Virus record (IMG/VR): IMGVR_UViG_3300047550_003584
Coordinates: 12,777 to 76,776 of that record
From: a virus
Length of the DNA stretch: 64,000 bases
Direction: 5' to 3' (one strand)
Shown piece after piece: positions 44,200 through 54,275 of the stretch. Position numbers and translations under genes: made by a program. Under the pieces are notes generated by a model, which worked only from the letters and a program-made list of their open reading frames with translations, ran no database searches and was not told where the DNA came from. Position 1 is the first letter of the stretch. Each line of letters opens with the position of its first letter.

Positions 44200-44916
44200 A
44201 TGGCTAATAACTTGAATCGCATGTTGGACATTGCTAAATCACGCTCCGGTTTTCGCCATGTACCCAACATTGAACAGCTTTCTCCCCAACAACTGGAAGC
44301 ACATGGTTATTACGTGGGTTTCCCATGTGCCTATGGTCATCGGATACGTGATACCAGCCAGCATTGGTGCTATGACTGCGTGCGCAAGATCCAAAGCAAC
44401 AACTGCGCTTTTGACTTGAATTACGTCCATGCAGCGTACAAGACACGTCTTCTGATGATCTGGAAGCAGATCTCAGTTGGTCACTTTGAAGACTGCTGGG
44501 AAGCCCCATCTTTGGTCAACGCTCGCATTCGCTTTCCTTCGTATCGTTCCATAGGCGACAAACGCCTTTCGGATAACATCTCAGCCCACAAGGTGATTTA
44601 CCAATGCACCTGGGGAGATGTCGGCAAGATGTTTGTGACTCGTCTGTGCAAAAACAAGGCGTGTCTCAACCCTCTCCATATGGTCTCAAGTTGGAACCGC
44701 ACGTTTCCACCGGAGGTCATTCATCCGTTTGATTATGAGTTCAACCCTGAAAAACTGATGTATGCAGCACGGAATCAAATGCGTGAGGAACCAGAGCAAA
44801 TCATAGAAAAGCAATACAAAAGCACAATTCAACATCCGTTAGTAAACAAAAATACCCCGGATTATGATGAAGATAAGGCCATGTGTTACGAACCATATGT
44901 CGAGGAGTGCACTTAG
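44200..44916 (+). CDS. Zn-binding HNH-like protein
   Basis: PCAYGH..CYDC; DCWE..AHKVIY..RLCKNKACLNPLH. Confidence 0.75.
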   Translation: MANNLNRMLDIAKSRSGFRHVPNIEQLSPQQLEAHGYYVGFPCAYGHRIRDTSQHWCYDCVRKIQSNNCAFDLNYVHAAYKTRLLMIWKQISVGHFEDCWEAPSLVNARIRFPSYRSIGDKRLSDNISAHKVIYQCTWGDVGKMFVTRLCKNKACLNPLHMVSSWNRTFPPEVIHPFDYEFNPEKLMYAARNQMREEPEQIIEKQYKSTIQHPLVNKNTPDYDEDKAMCYEPYVEECT

Positions 44917-45808
44917 TCAGTCACAACGCACCCAAAACGATCCATTACTACTTGGTACGTTTAGCCAGACTACGCTGCGCTATTTGAAGGGTACGCTTGG
45001 TGCTCAATACAAACCAATTGGACGTGCGGATACCAGGCAAATCTCTAACGGTGGTATTGGCGGCGGTACTTACAACCACTGGTTCCAAGTCAATTTGACT
45101 GAGCCAGCTTGGATTATCTTGACAAAAGGACCGCCGCGCCCCAAGTACATTCAAGTTTCCGCATACGATCTCAATAAGACTCCAATCCAGGGAGATCCTA
45201 TATTTGATGCAGATTCTGTTCAATCGTCAACCAACGGAACGCGTTATATCCCGTATTTAGATACGGTGATGAGTGTCCAGTCGGATCTTTATAACACCTT
45301 TGATCGTTTACGTCTTGATCGTGGTGATGACCGCTACTTCCCCCTGGAAACAGGTAGCTATCTCATCTGTGTTTCATCAACGCGCAATGAACCCCTTGCA
45401 TACGAGCTTGGTGTTGTCATTGAGTTTCCAACGGATGAAGCGTTCTTTGAGCTGGAAGATGTTGATGGTAGTGTTTGCTTACAAGAAACTGAAATTGACG
45501 CCGCCGAAATTGTTGGACCTATCCTTGTTGATACTGTTATTAGCGCCAATGCTTTTTCTGAAACAAGCTGTGAGATTGCAGCAGGCGTGACGGTGACCGT
45601 GAATCCAGGTATTACTTGGCTGATCGGCGAGCGTATCCCTGCTGCAGACTACGACAACTATAAAATTATTCTTGAGGTAGGCGATGATGCGTATTACAAC
45701 ACAGTACATGATCATTCCTTGTCAGAATGGCAGAATGCATGGGAGAGGGAACATCAAGACACTGATCGATTCCCTGAACTCTTTGTTCCTTTAACGAACA
45801 GACCATGA
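44897..45808 (+). CDS. Probable structural protein
   Basis: Acidic, beta-rich; ends with a fibre-like IAAGVTVTVNPGITW segment. Confidence 0.7.
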   Translation: MSRSALSQSQRTQNDPLLLGTFSQTTLRYLKGTLGAQYKPIGRADTRQISNGGIGGGTYNHWFQVNLTEPAWIILTKGPPRPKYIQVSAYDLNKTPIQGDPIFDADSVQSSTNGTRYIPYLDTVMSVQSDLYNTFDRLRLDRGDDRYFPLETGSYLICVSSTRNEPLAYELGVVIEFPTDEAFFELEDVDGSVCLQETEIDAAEIVGPILVDTVISANAFSETSCEIAAGVTVTVNPGITWLIGERIPAADYDNYKIILEVGDDAYYNTVHDHSLSEWQNAWEREHQDTDRFPELFVPLTNRP

Positions 45809-45927
45809 TTAAATTTTTGTTAAACCTGTTTAAAAAACCTGTAGCAAAACATTCGCCTGCACTAGCTTGGGCACAGTATTGTGTTAGTAATCCAAGCGCT
45901 CCTGACTGCCGTATTTACGATGTCTGA
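45805..45927 (+). CDS. cp12: Minimal CP12-like protein (40 aa)
   Basis: ...LAWAQYCVSNPSAPDCRIYDV matches the CP12 C-terminal C..NP....CR.YD motif; ATGA overlap. Confidence 0.75.
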   Translation: MIKFLLNLFKKPVAKHSPALAWAQYCVSNPSAPDCRIYDV

Positions 45928-46048
45928 AGAAAAGCAAAACGAAAAAGAATCTAAAGATTTGCAAAACAATCCCAGAATCACTGAGGCAACTCAACGTGAT
46001 TGGGATGATTTTTTCGCAGCACAAGAAGACAATTTATTTGACCGGTAA
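45920..46048 (+). CDS. Small acidic peptide
   Basis: MSEEKQNEKES...DWDDFFAAQEDNLFDR (42 aa). Confidence 0.55.
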   Translation: MSEEKQNEKESKDLQNNPRITEATQRDWDDFFAAQEDNLFDR

Positions 46049-46083
46049 TAGGGTATCTAGAATAAAAGAAATGGAATATAACC

Positions 46084-46248
46084 ATGGCTCACCTTAACCA
46101 GTATCTTGAAGTTGCTCTTGCTATCCATGCAGCAGCTTCCGCAATTTGTGCTCTGACCCCAACACCTTCCGATGACAAGCTTGTCGGCAAGCTCTACAAA
46201 TTAATTGAGATTGCAGGTCTTGTCATTGGTCGCGCTAAGCAGCGCTGA
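46084..46248 (+). CDS. Putative holin
   Basis: ASAICALTPTPSDDKLVGKLYKLIE motif; convergent with the endolysin. Confidence 0.65.
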   Translation: MAHLNQYLEVALAIHAAASAICALTPTPSDDKLVGKLYKLIEIAGLVIGRAKQR

Positions 46249-46410
46249 TCAATCAGGTAATACCTGCGTCCAAAATACGACGCCTCCCTGTTCTTCTACC
46301 CAATCCCTTGTTTCATATGCGTGTTCCCTTGGTAGGGTCGCGCATTTCTTTTCGTCGCCAATCTGCCAGCACATATTGATGCGCGTTGGCTTCTCCTTAT
46401 GTTTTTTCAT
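46249..46410 (-). CDS. Hypothetical protein
   Basis: MKKHKEKPTRINMCWQ... Confidence 0.65.
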   Translation of the reverse strand: MKKHKEKPTRINMCWQIGDEKKCATLPREHAYETRDWVEEQGGVVFWTQVLPD

Positions 46411-46411
46411 A

Positions 46412-47431
46412 TCAATAATCCCATCTGACTTTTGGGCGGCCTGGTCGAATTCCAAGGTGGCAAAATCCTTTTGGTGCTCCATATCCTAATGAGTACGCCC
46501 AGTTTCTGTCACACCATTCTTGCACAGCATAGATACCTGCGCCTTCGATGTAAAAATCAACGGCACCTTTAGACGGAGCATCGTAAGTGTGCTCGCTGTT
46601 CTTAGCACCACCCACTTGTGTATTGATGGGCTCTGGACGAGAACCACTGGTGATGATCAAAGGTTTGTTGCCAAATTGTTTACGGACCTTTTCCAGGAAT
46701 AAACAGAGTTCTTTTGCTGTGTCACATTGATATTGTTTAGTAAAACGGCGCTTTTCCTGGTTGAGAGTCAACTCTCCATACGTGATGTTAGGCGTGATTT
46801 TGTAGTTGAAAGGGCTCCAGGGATTGAAGTTATTGCTGTGTGGATCAGCAGGATCTTGCTTGGTGCCGCTGTTTTGTAGTTGACGGTCAAGGATCTGGAT
46901 CAACTTAGTCGCATATTCAGGATCAGTTGCGTACCCTTCCTCGATTAAAAGCTGCGCACATTCGTTCCGTGACTGCGCACGGTTAACACCTTTGAATCGG
47001 CCAAAATCTTTGTACCAGCGATCTACAAGGTATACAACACAGGTTTCCAAATCAGGAAAATCAAGGAACCCGGCTTTGATTGTGATCCATTTTCCGTTGA
47101 TGAATTCTTGAGTACTGACCGTAGAGCCAGATCCTTTTAATCCAAAGTAGTTATTTTTACCAGATGTGTGTTTACCCCAGCCCGATTCAAGTGCCCACTG
47201 CGCACTAACACATTCCGGAAATTTAGCGCCAGCTTGTTTTGCTGCAGCGTAAACACCGTCCCAAGTGTTGCCTGCTTCTAAAGAAGGCTTAGGTGCAGGC
47301 TTAGTTCTGTACTTAGACGCAAAAGTGTCCAGGGTCTCTGGTGCAAGAGTTCCCTGGAGCCAATCCCATGCTTCAATTTGATGCGGTTCTTCGTTAAAAA
47401 ACTCAGCCGCATCAACGAGTTTAATAGACAT
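46412..47431 (-). CDS. Endolysin: GH73 glucosaminidase + peptidase M15A
   Basis: AQWALESGWG..NNYFGLKG..GYATDPEY; ITSGSR..N..VGGAKNSEH..AVDF..FCHLG. Confidence 0.9.
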   Translation of the reverse strand: MSIKLVDAAEFFNEEPHQIEAWDWLQGTLAPETLDTFASKYRTKPAPKPSLEAGNTWDGVYAAAKQAGAKFPECVSAQWALESGWGKHTSGKNNYFGLKGSGSTVSTQEFINGKWITIKAGFLDFPDLETCVVYLVDRWYKDFGRFKGVNRAQSRNECAQLLIEEGYATDPEYATKLIQILDRQLQNSGTKQDPADPHSNNFNPWSPFNYKITPNITYGELTLNQEKRRFTKQYQCDTAKELCLFLEKVRKQFGNKPLIITSGSRPEPINTQVGGAKNSEHTYDAPSKGAVDFYIEGAGIYAVQEWCDRNWAYSLGYGAPKGFCHLGIRPGRPKVRWDY

Positions 47432-47474
47432 ATCGACCTAGGGCGTTAGTACAACTCTAGGTCAAGTCTATTTT

Positions 47475-47648
47475 TCACTCAGCAATTTCTTCGGTCGGTT
47501 CTCCGGTTTCTTCTGGAGCAAACTCAAGGGTTTCAATCAATTGACCGATAAGGTTACCAGCGAAAGCAACAAGGTTGCCGTCACCAGTAGCACGTGCAGC
47601 TCCAAATGAATTGATAGCGGAAATCAACTCAGCTTTAGTGCAAGCCAT
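47475..47648 (-). CDS. Small hypothetical protein
   Basis: MACTKAELISAINSFGAARATGD... Confidence 0.65.
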   Translation of the reverse strand: MACTKAELISAINSFGAARATGDGNLVAFAGNLIGQLIETLEFAPEETGEPTEEIAE

Positions 47649-47682
47649 AATGAAGCAATAACTTCAAAAAGTATAACAAAAA

Positions 47683-48006
47683 TCACCAAGGAACGCCAGA
47701 TTCAGAAGTTGGGTGCAGTTTGGTTTGGATCTGGTTGTGCAGTGCTTCTTCAATCGAAACAACTTGATCAACACCAAGTGCTGCCAGAGTCCAATTTACT
47801 ACTTCTTCTTTGGTGAGTTCACCGAAAGGAGTGAAGTTATCAGGGTCGGGTTCACCAAGGCCAACGCTGCCGTAACAACCGGCAGTTTCACCATCTTCTT
47901 CCAGGGATGCAGTCCAATGGACGGTATATACAGCGCCATCAGGACAGGTGTCACCATCAGGAAGATGACGTTCGAGGTTGGCAATATCCCAAACAGTATT
48001 AGCCAT
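47683..48006 (-). CDS. Tail-fibre-associated small protein
   Basis: WDIANLER..VYTVHW..YGSVGL..LTKEEVVNW..GVPW. Confidence 0.8.
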   Translation of the reverse strand: MANTVWDIANLERHLPDGDTCPDGAVYTVHWTASLEEDGETAGCYGSVGLGEPDPDNFTPFGELTKEEVVNWTLAALGVDQVVSIEEALHNQIQTKLHPTSESGVPW

Positions 48007-48059
48007 AATCAACAATGTTTTCTTTTTATTTTACCAGGGGTGATCAGTGAGTAGGACTA

Positions 48060-50081
48060 CTAGCTCAAGCGATAGGTCACAAACGTATTCGCAGCCGTGC
48101 GCCGTGAGGCGAAGCGACCGGATGTGCCGGTGGCAACCGAGCCAGAACCCACGATGGTGTGAGCAGTGCCAGCCAACACACGCACCAAGCTGGGGCCTGT
48201 GTTGATGACGCTCCATTCAAACGTCATGTTCGTGTAGATGCCACTGAATCCAGCTTCTGTATCGGTTCCAGTAGGCAGCGTCATGTCGGTTGCTGCGGCT
48301 GACGTGCTGGTGATAATGCCGGTTTTGAGGTTGGCAACAGTCAGCGTTGCAGTGGCGTTGACGGCAGCAGGGGCGCCTTGGTTGTAAGCATGAACACCAT
48401 CATTGGTGATGCGAACTCGCTCCGTCGGGCTGCTCGCTCCATCGGCGGTGGTCGAGAAGACAAGCCTGCCCGGCATGTCGTTAGTGCCGGGGGTGCCGTC
48501 TACCTCAGCAAAGATTGTTGCTGCTTGCTTGAAATCAGTACCATCAGACCCTGTAAAGCGAATAGTGCCAAGCCTTGCACCATCAACAACAACTGTATGC
48601 GTGCCTAGTGTGTCGCTATAAGAACGCCTAAAATGAAGCTGGGAAGCAAATCCCGTCGAAGTTCCGCACCAAGTAGTTAAACTTGTAATTGATTCCGAGC
48701 TTGCTCCATTCTGCGAAAACTGAACTTGTGGCGTAGAAAGCCCTGATGCGCCAACGCTCGTAGACGTCCCCACCAACAATCTGCCGGAGCTGTCGATGCG
48801 GGCGCGTTCTTGGCTAATTCCACCTGCTGTTCTTGTATGGAATCCAAGCTCACCAGCGGCTGAAGCCACCCGATAGCCCCTAATTTCACAAGTAGAGTTC
48901 GCGGTTACATCAACGGTGGATCCGTTCCAAACGATTGCGGAATAATCGTTTGCAGTGGTGCTATTAAGGTCAAGCGTAATGTTATTACCTAGTCCTCTGA
49001 CAGTTAGGGGAGAGTAAGGACTCGTGGTGCCGATGCCGACGTTGCCTGCAGATGTGATTCGAACTCGCTCCGTCGGGCTGCTCGCTCCATCGGCGGTGGT
49101 CGAGAAGACAAGCCTGCCCGGGTAGTCAGATGCAGACCAACCAGCATCAGCTTGTGCTGTAATCCACGCGGCTTCACCGCCTTCGCCATTACCAAAGGCA
49201 ACGCGGCCAAGGCTTTCTCCTGCTCCAATTCCGGCAGCAATGGTTCTGCCTGTGAATAGGGCTAGCTTTCCTTCAAATGTTGATCCCGAGCTGTTGCCAC
49301 GGACCTGAATCAGCGAGTCTGACCAGTTGCCGGCGCTAAGGCTAGAAGACGTGCCAACCAACAACCTGCCGGAGCTGTCAATGCGGGCGCGTTCGGAACC
49401 AGCAGTTCTAAACTGCATTGAATCGGAAGCATGCAGATACTCGATGAGACCTTGAGCACGAGCGTTTGCATCTGAAAACGCAACAAAGCCAGTTGTACTT
49501 GTGGTGAGGTTGATGCCATGAACGCTGCCTTCAATCTTGAAAGCATCTGCACTATTAGCTGCCCATGCTTCAGTTACATCTCCTGCTCGCACATGTAATA
49601 AATTATCTGGACTCGCAGTGCTGATGCCGACCTTCCCATCACTTGCAACAAACAACCGCCCAGTGCCATTAGTCGAGATGGCTACTTGGTCTGCGCCGGG
49701 GGAGTAAATGCCGGTGTTGAGGTCAGAAACAAAACTAATTGATGGGCTTGCTGCAGTACCTAACGCAAATACACCCGATGTAATGGTATGAGTGCCGCCA
49801 CTGATATTGGTAAAATTACCACTAGTAAAGTCTGCAGTGGTACCAGTGACAGTAACCCCTGTTAATGAAGTAAAGGTTCCACTGGTAAATTGAGCAGTTG
49901 TTCCAGTGATTGTAACACCTGAAATTGTTTGACCTTGTACGGTATTACCAGAGATAGTTCCGGTTACGGTAACGCTTCCTGTAAAAGTAGGATTCTGAAC
50001 TAAACCAGAAACTGCAACGCTCTTATCAATACCACCATCAGTAAAGGTGATTGTATCAATCTTGATAGTGCCGTACGCCAT
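48060..50081 (-). CDS. Tail fibre protein with repeated modules
   Basis: ERARIDSSGRLLVGTS and PGRLVFSTTADGASSPTERVRIT, each twice. Confidence 0.9.
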   Translation of the reverse strand: MAYGTIKIDTITFTDGGIDKSVAVSGLVQNPTFTGSVTVTGTISGNTVQGQTISGVTITGTTAQFTSGTFTSLTGVTVTGTTADFTSGNFTNISGGTHTITSGVFALGTAASPSISFVSDLNTGIYSPGADQVAISTNGTGRLFVASDGKVGISTASPDNLLHVRAGDVTEAWAANSADAFKIEGSVHGINLTTSTTGFVAFSDANARAQGLIEYLHASDSMQFRTAGSERARIDSSGRLLVGTSSSLSAGNWSDSLIQVRGNSSGSTFEGKLALFTGRTIAAGIGAGESLGRVAFGNGEGGEAAWITAQADAGWSASDYPGRLVFSTTADGASSPTERVRITSAGNVGIGTTSPYSPLTVRGLGNNITLDLNSTTANDYSAIVWNGSTVDVTANSTCEIRGYRVASAAGELGFHTRTAGGISQERARIDSSGRLLVGTSTSVGASGLSTPQVQFSQNGASSESITSLTTWCGTSTGFASQLHFRRSYSDTLGTHTVVVDGARLGTIRFTGSDGTDFKQAATIFAEVDGTPGTNDMPGRLVFSTTADGASSPTERVRITNDGVHAYNQGAPAAVNATATLTVANLKTGIITSTSAAATDMTLPTGTDTEAGFSGIYTNMTFEWSVINTGPSLVRVLAGTAHTIVGSGSVATGTSGRFASRRTAANTFVTYRLS

Positions 50082-50117
50082 TTTGTTGTCTCTTTTTGTC
50101 TATTTTAACTGAAAGAA

Positions 50118-51974
50118 TTAAGGAAGAATAACCAATGGTCCTTGGATAATTAAGCCGTTTGCAGCACCACCGGAAATAACACCAGAACACACAATGGCAG
50201 GTGTTGCGCCAGAGGGGGTTGTGACTGCAAGCGTGCTACCGGTAATTGAAGTAAATGCTCCAGTAGTGCCAGTGACCGTAGCTCCTGATATGCAAGAGGT
50301 AAATACACCGGAGGTGAACGTTGCCGTGACGCCAGTAGTTGTGGTACCGGTAAGCGAAGTAAAAGAACCGGTCGTAAACGTAGCGGTAATACCAGTTGTT
50401 GTTGTGCCCGTTAACGAAACAAAGGTTCCAGTTGTTGCTTGAATTGTTGTTCCGGTAATGGTTGTGCCACTAAGTGTTCCTGTAATTTGTACACCAGATG
50501 CAAAAAATCCGGAGCCAAGAACGTTTAGGTCGCCGGATACGGTGGTGTTTGTAAACGATAAGTTGGTTGCTTGAAGGGTGTTAAAGACACCAGTCGTAGC
50601 ATTGACCGTCGTTCCAGTAATGGTCGTGCCCCTGAGATTAACAAAAACACCTGATGTCCCCTGGACGGTATTGCCAGTGATCGTGGCACCGGAAACACTT
50701 GTGGTGAAGATACCTGCAATACCGGTCAGATTTGTAAAAGCACCCGTGTTGCCGGTAACGGTTAGGCCAGAAACAATTGTTGTAAAGGTACCCGTGGCGC
50801 CAGTGACTGTTGTGAAGTTTGCGCTGTCTCCGGTGACTGCACTTCCACTGAGGTAGCTGCTGAACGTACCAGAGATACCATTGACAATTGAAAATAAACC
50901 CGAAGCACCTGTAATAGTCATGCCTGAAACACGACTATTAAAGACACCAGATACACCGGAAATTATTGTTGCGTTGACGTTGGTGCCAGTAATAGTTGCA
51001 CCGGAAACATTGGTGAATGTCCCAGAAACACCTGTAAGTGTTGTGTAGTTTCCGATATCACCAGTAATAAAAGCCCCTGACAACACCTGGGTAAAAACAC
51101 CCGAGATGCCGCTGACGTTGCCAAAGGATCCCGTATTTCCTGTTACGGTTGCACCAGAAACCCTGGTCGTAAAAGTACCGGATACACCGGTGACATTCGC
51201 AAAACGTGCCGTGTCACCTGTAATGGTGGCGCCTGAAAGCAGTGTTGTGTAGACTCCAGATACGCCAGTAACGGTCGTAAATTGAGCTGTAGTTCCGGTG
51301 ATGGTTGTTCCAGAAAGCGTCCCGGTGGCTTGGACGCCGTTTGCAAACTGAGCTGTACCAGTGACGGTCAATCCGCTTGCAACGGAGAGGTTACCACTGA
51401 CGTTAAGAACGGGAGTACTAAGAGTTTGGAATGTGCCCGTCGTTGCGGCAACCGTTGTTCCAGTAATTGTTGTACCGCTTAGCGCCGTAAAAACACCACT
51501 GGTGGCCGATAAATTATCTCCAGTGATCGTTGCGCCGGACAAAGTTTGATAACGACCACTGGTGAACAGTGCTGTCGTACCGGTTGCAGTCGTTGTTGTT
51601 ACGGTACCTGCATTAAGGGTTGTCCCCTGGAGGGCAGTGCCTGTAATGGTAACTCCACTGATGGTGCCGCTGACTGTTGCATTATTTTGAACAATGATGG
51701 CACTGAACGTTCCTGTACCAGACGCCGTTACGGTATTGAATGTGCTGCTGCCTGAAACCGATAAGTTACCAGCGATATCAATGTTGCCACTGATGGTTTC
51801 ACCGCTGATATTTGCGTAGTACTGATCAAGGTATGAACGAAACTGCGTAAAGGTAATTTTTTTGTTGCGCAGTGTCGGATCCACCTCAAAAACGTGGACT
51901 AGAGTAAGTAGATCCTGCTCGTCAATATCGATCCCGCTAATTGCGGGAAATTCTGAAATCCTACGGTTTGCCAC
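50118..51974 (-). CDS. Thr/Gly-rich repetitive tail fibre/spike
   Basis: MANRRISEFP start; many (L/V)SG.T(I/V)TG and G.F repeats. Confidence 0.85.
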   Translation of the reverse strand: MANRRISEFPAISGIDIDEQDLLTLVHVFEVDPTLRNKKITFTQFRSYLDQYYANISGETISGNIDIAGNLSVSGSSTFNTVTASGTGTFSAIIVQNNATVSGTISGVTITGTALQGTTLNAGTVTTTTATGTTALFTSGRYQTLSGATITGDNLSATSGVFTALSGTTITGTTVAATTGTFQTLSTPVLNVSGNLSVASGLTVTGTAQFANGVQATGTLSGTTITGTTAQFTTVTGVSGVYTTLLSGATITGDTARFANVTGVSGTFTTRVSGATVTGNTGSFGNVSGISGVFTQVLSGAFITGDIGNYTTLTGVSGTFTNVSGATITGTNVNATIISGVSGVFNSRVSGMTITGASGLFSIVNGISGTFSSYLSGSAVTGDSANFTTVTGATGTFTTIVSGLTVTGNTGAFTNLTGIAGIFTTSVSGATITGNTVQGTSGVFVNLRGTTITGTTVNATTGVFNTLQATNLSFTNTTVSGDLNVLGSGFFASGVQITGTLSGTTITGTTIQATTGTFVSLTGTTTTGITATFTTGSFTSLTGTTTTGVTATFTSGVFTSCISGATVTGTTGAFTSITGSTLAVTTPSGATPAIVCSGVISGGAANGLIIQGPLVILP

Positions 51975-52019
51975 CTACTGTACTACGCAATCCTTTGTAT
52001 CAATTATAGGTCTGCTTAT

Positions 52020-52337
52020 TTAGCGCACCTTAATCTCAACACGGGGCAAAATATTGGATAATGTGTTCCAGGTCCACTGAATTCCTGTTACAATTCCACA
52101 GGAAAGCAGTAATACCAAAAGGACTTCAGCAACGGTCAAGTTACGGCGTAAGTAAATAACTTGCGGCGGTTGAGGCGGTTGCTGTTGTTGAAGGGCAGCT
52201 TGCTGAGCAATGGTTTGTTGAATGGCAAGTTCCCTGGCACGAGCCTTCAATTCAGCCAATTGTTCAGGCGTAATTTGGTTCTCCATCTGCGGAGGCATTG
52301 GCATCGGTGGTTGACTAGCGGGAATTTGTTCTTCCAT
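52020..52337 (-). CDS. Gln/Pro-rich membrane protein
   Basis: C-terminal TM helix. Confidence 0.7.
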   Translation of the reverse strand: MEEQIPASQPPMPMPPQMENQITPEQLAELKARARELAIQQTIAQQAALQQQQPPQPPQVIYLRRNLTVAEVLLVLLLSCGIVTGIQWTWNTLSNILPRVEIKVR

Positions 52338-52389
52338 GGTCGCAAATTGTTTTCTCACAGGTTAGCATCTAAACAAAGCGTGTGTAGGT

Positions 52390-52827
52390 ATGCAGTACGG
52401 ACTTCGTAAAAGTTTGGAAGATATTGCGCATGAACTAAAAGGAATCAGAAATATCCTTGGTTCTATGTGGCACTCTCGTTATTCCAACGGGGAGACAGAC
52501 GTCTTGAGTCCCCAGGCTTTTGCCGATGAGTATATCTCGACAGAAGAATGCGGTAGGCGACTTGGTGTATCAGATCAAACCATCCGTAACTGGATGTCCA
52601 TTGGCAGAAAACAACCAGGAAAAGGTTGGGTCGAAGGCATTCATTATGTCAACGTTTCCCCTGATCCAAAAAAGAAGGCAGTCCTACGGATCCCTTGGAA
52701 CCAACTGATTCAATCTTTTTCCAAAAACCCGGAGGTTTTGACGGTTGATCTTAACCCTCAACGTCAAGATCGCAAACCAATGTACCAAAAAACGTGGGAT
52801 CCTACTGAGAATGGCGCACCGTTTTAA
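52390..52827 (+). CDS. MerR/excisionase-like HTH protein
   Basis: YISTEECGRRLGVSDQTIRNW..WVEGIHY. Confidence 0.8.
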   Translation: MQYGLRKSLEDIAHELKGIRNILGSMWHSRYSNGETDVLSPQAFADEYISTEECGRRLGVSDQTIRNWMSIGRKQPGKGWVEGIHYVNVSPDPKKKAVLRIPWNQLIQSFSKNPEVLTVDLNPQRQDRKPMYQKTWDPTENGAPF

Positions 52828-53269
52828 TGGTATTGATCTTGATGCAGTGACCGTAGAGAACCACGGGGAACTGCTTCCGGAATCCTTGGTCAGGCAAGTG
52901 GAGATGTTCTTGCCGCCCAGTGGTTCTTTTGATGACGGGTGCTTACGCCGTTACCTGGAAAACTTAAAAAATTATGAAGAAGAAGACGCTAATTCCGGTA
53001 TGACACTTGCCAACAGGTTGCGTCTTGCTTTTTGTGATCTGCAGCCGGATACAATCTGTGGCAAATTCCCGCAGGCTGAATTGCCTCTTAAGAGGAGACT
53101 CCGCTGTGTTGCGGAATATCTGATCCGATCTGGAGAATTTGATAAGGTAAGAGATGACCTTGGCAAGCTTGTCAAGAAACGCGGCGTACTTGGCAAGCTA
53201 GTTGTCATGTACCAACCAACGCCAAAGCTTTTAGAATCTTTAAACCGACAAGGATTGTTGCAAAAATGA
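52811..53269 (+). CDS. Hypothetical protein
   Basis: 152 aa in the operon. Confidence 0.75.
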   Translation: MAHRFNGIDLDAVTVENHGELLPESLVRQVEMFLPPSGSFDDGCLRRYLENLKNYEEEDANSGMTLANRLRLAFCDLQPDTICGKFPQAELPLKRRLRCVAEYLIRSGEFDKVRDDLGKLVKKRGVLGKLVVMYQPTPKLLESLNRQGLLQK

Positions 53270-53649
53270 ACCGACGTGAAAAATTAATTGCTTCTGTGAT
53301 TGGTCCAGAGATGGACGAAACAAAAGCCAGGATGCTCGATGCAACAGTCAAGTTGATGCTTGGTGATATGGGTGAGTATTACGTCAAGATGTGGGAAGCA
53401 GAAGGCCCTGGCGTGATGTGTTTTCAACCTACGGCTGAACGCACGATGTTCTTCTTGACACTCAAAGAACTGCATGCGGCTCAGGAAGAGGAAGAGCGCA
53501 ATAACAACGGTGATCTTGCTGAGACTTTTAGGCGTATTTTATCTGCTGCTCAAAAGATTGACCCACAGGAAAAAGCTGGATATCTGATTAACGATGGCGC
53601 CGGTATTCGGTACTGTGAGGTGGACTATAACAAAGTGTCGGAGCAATGA
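53266..53649 (+). CDS. Hypothetical protein
   Basis: WEAEGPGVMCF motif. Confidence 0.75.
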   Translation: MNRREKLIASVIGPEMDETKARMLDATVKLMLGDMGEYYVKMWEAEGPGVMCFQPTAERTMFFLTLKELHAAQEEEERNNNGDLAETFRRILSAAQKIDPQEKAGYLINDGAGIRYCEVDYNKVSEQ

Positions 53650-54242
53650 GTAACGAAGGGCTTCAACGTACGTCGAACCGACGAGAAGGCATTGAGCTGA
53701 TCACAAGTTCAGATCTAATCATCGCTGCAAACGAACTGATGGGTGGCATCACATTAGATGTTGCCAGTTCCAAGGTTGCCAATGAGTATGTCGGCGCCGA
53801 AAACTTTTACACACCAGCGGATGATGGACTGAATGCCCAACAGTGGTACGGCAAGGCTTACTTGTTTCCACCTGCGGGTATGTACTTCTGGGATAAGAAG
53901 AATGGACGCTGGAAAAAAACAAGGGCTTCTGCTGTATCGCTGACATCGTCCCATGCCGTATGGTTTCGACGGATGTACCATGCCTGGATCTCTGGTGAGA
54001 TAGAGCAGGGGCTGTATTTCAGCAACTGCCCTGACATGATTCGTTACGAACCTAAAATCTTTAGCTTTCCGATGTGCATCTTGCGTACACGACCAGTGTT
54101 GCAGGAGTATGACGGAAAGAAATTTTCGCGCCGCCAAACGTGCACTTCATTTGTTGTCTACCTACCTCCCACCGATTTAACAGATGATGCTACCGAACGG
54201 TTTAGAAGTATCTACGAAGATCGTGGGCATATTCTCATCTGA
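53646..54242 (+). CDS. Phage Dam-type DNA methyltransferase homolog with altered catalytic motif
   Basis: LDVASSKVANEYVGAENFYTPADDGL..WYGKAYLFPP (NPPY expected). Confidence 0.75.
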   Translation: MSNEGLQRTSNRREGIELITSSDLIIAANELMGGITLDVASSKVANEYVGAENFYTPADDGLNAQQWYGKAYLFPPAGMYFWDKKNGRWKKTRASAVSLTSSHAVWFRRMYHAWISGEIEQGLYFSNCPDMIRYEPKIFSFPMCILRTRPVLQEYDGKKFSRRQTCTSFVVYLPPTDLTDDATERFRSIYEDRGHILI

Positions 54243-54275
54243 TCTCTGTATACTGAAGGACGATTACAAGGATCT

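Noticed and set aside
50194-51755. Plus-strand Val/Pro-rich ORFs over the tail fibres (also 33203-33472)
   Set aside because: Antisense shadows of Thr/Gly-rich repeats
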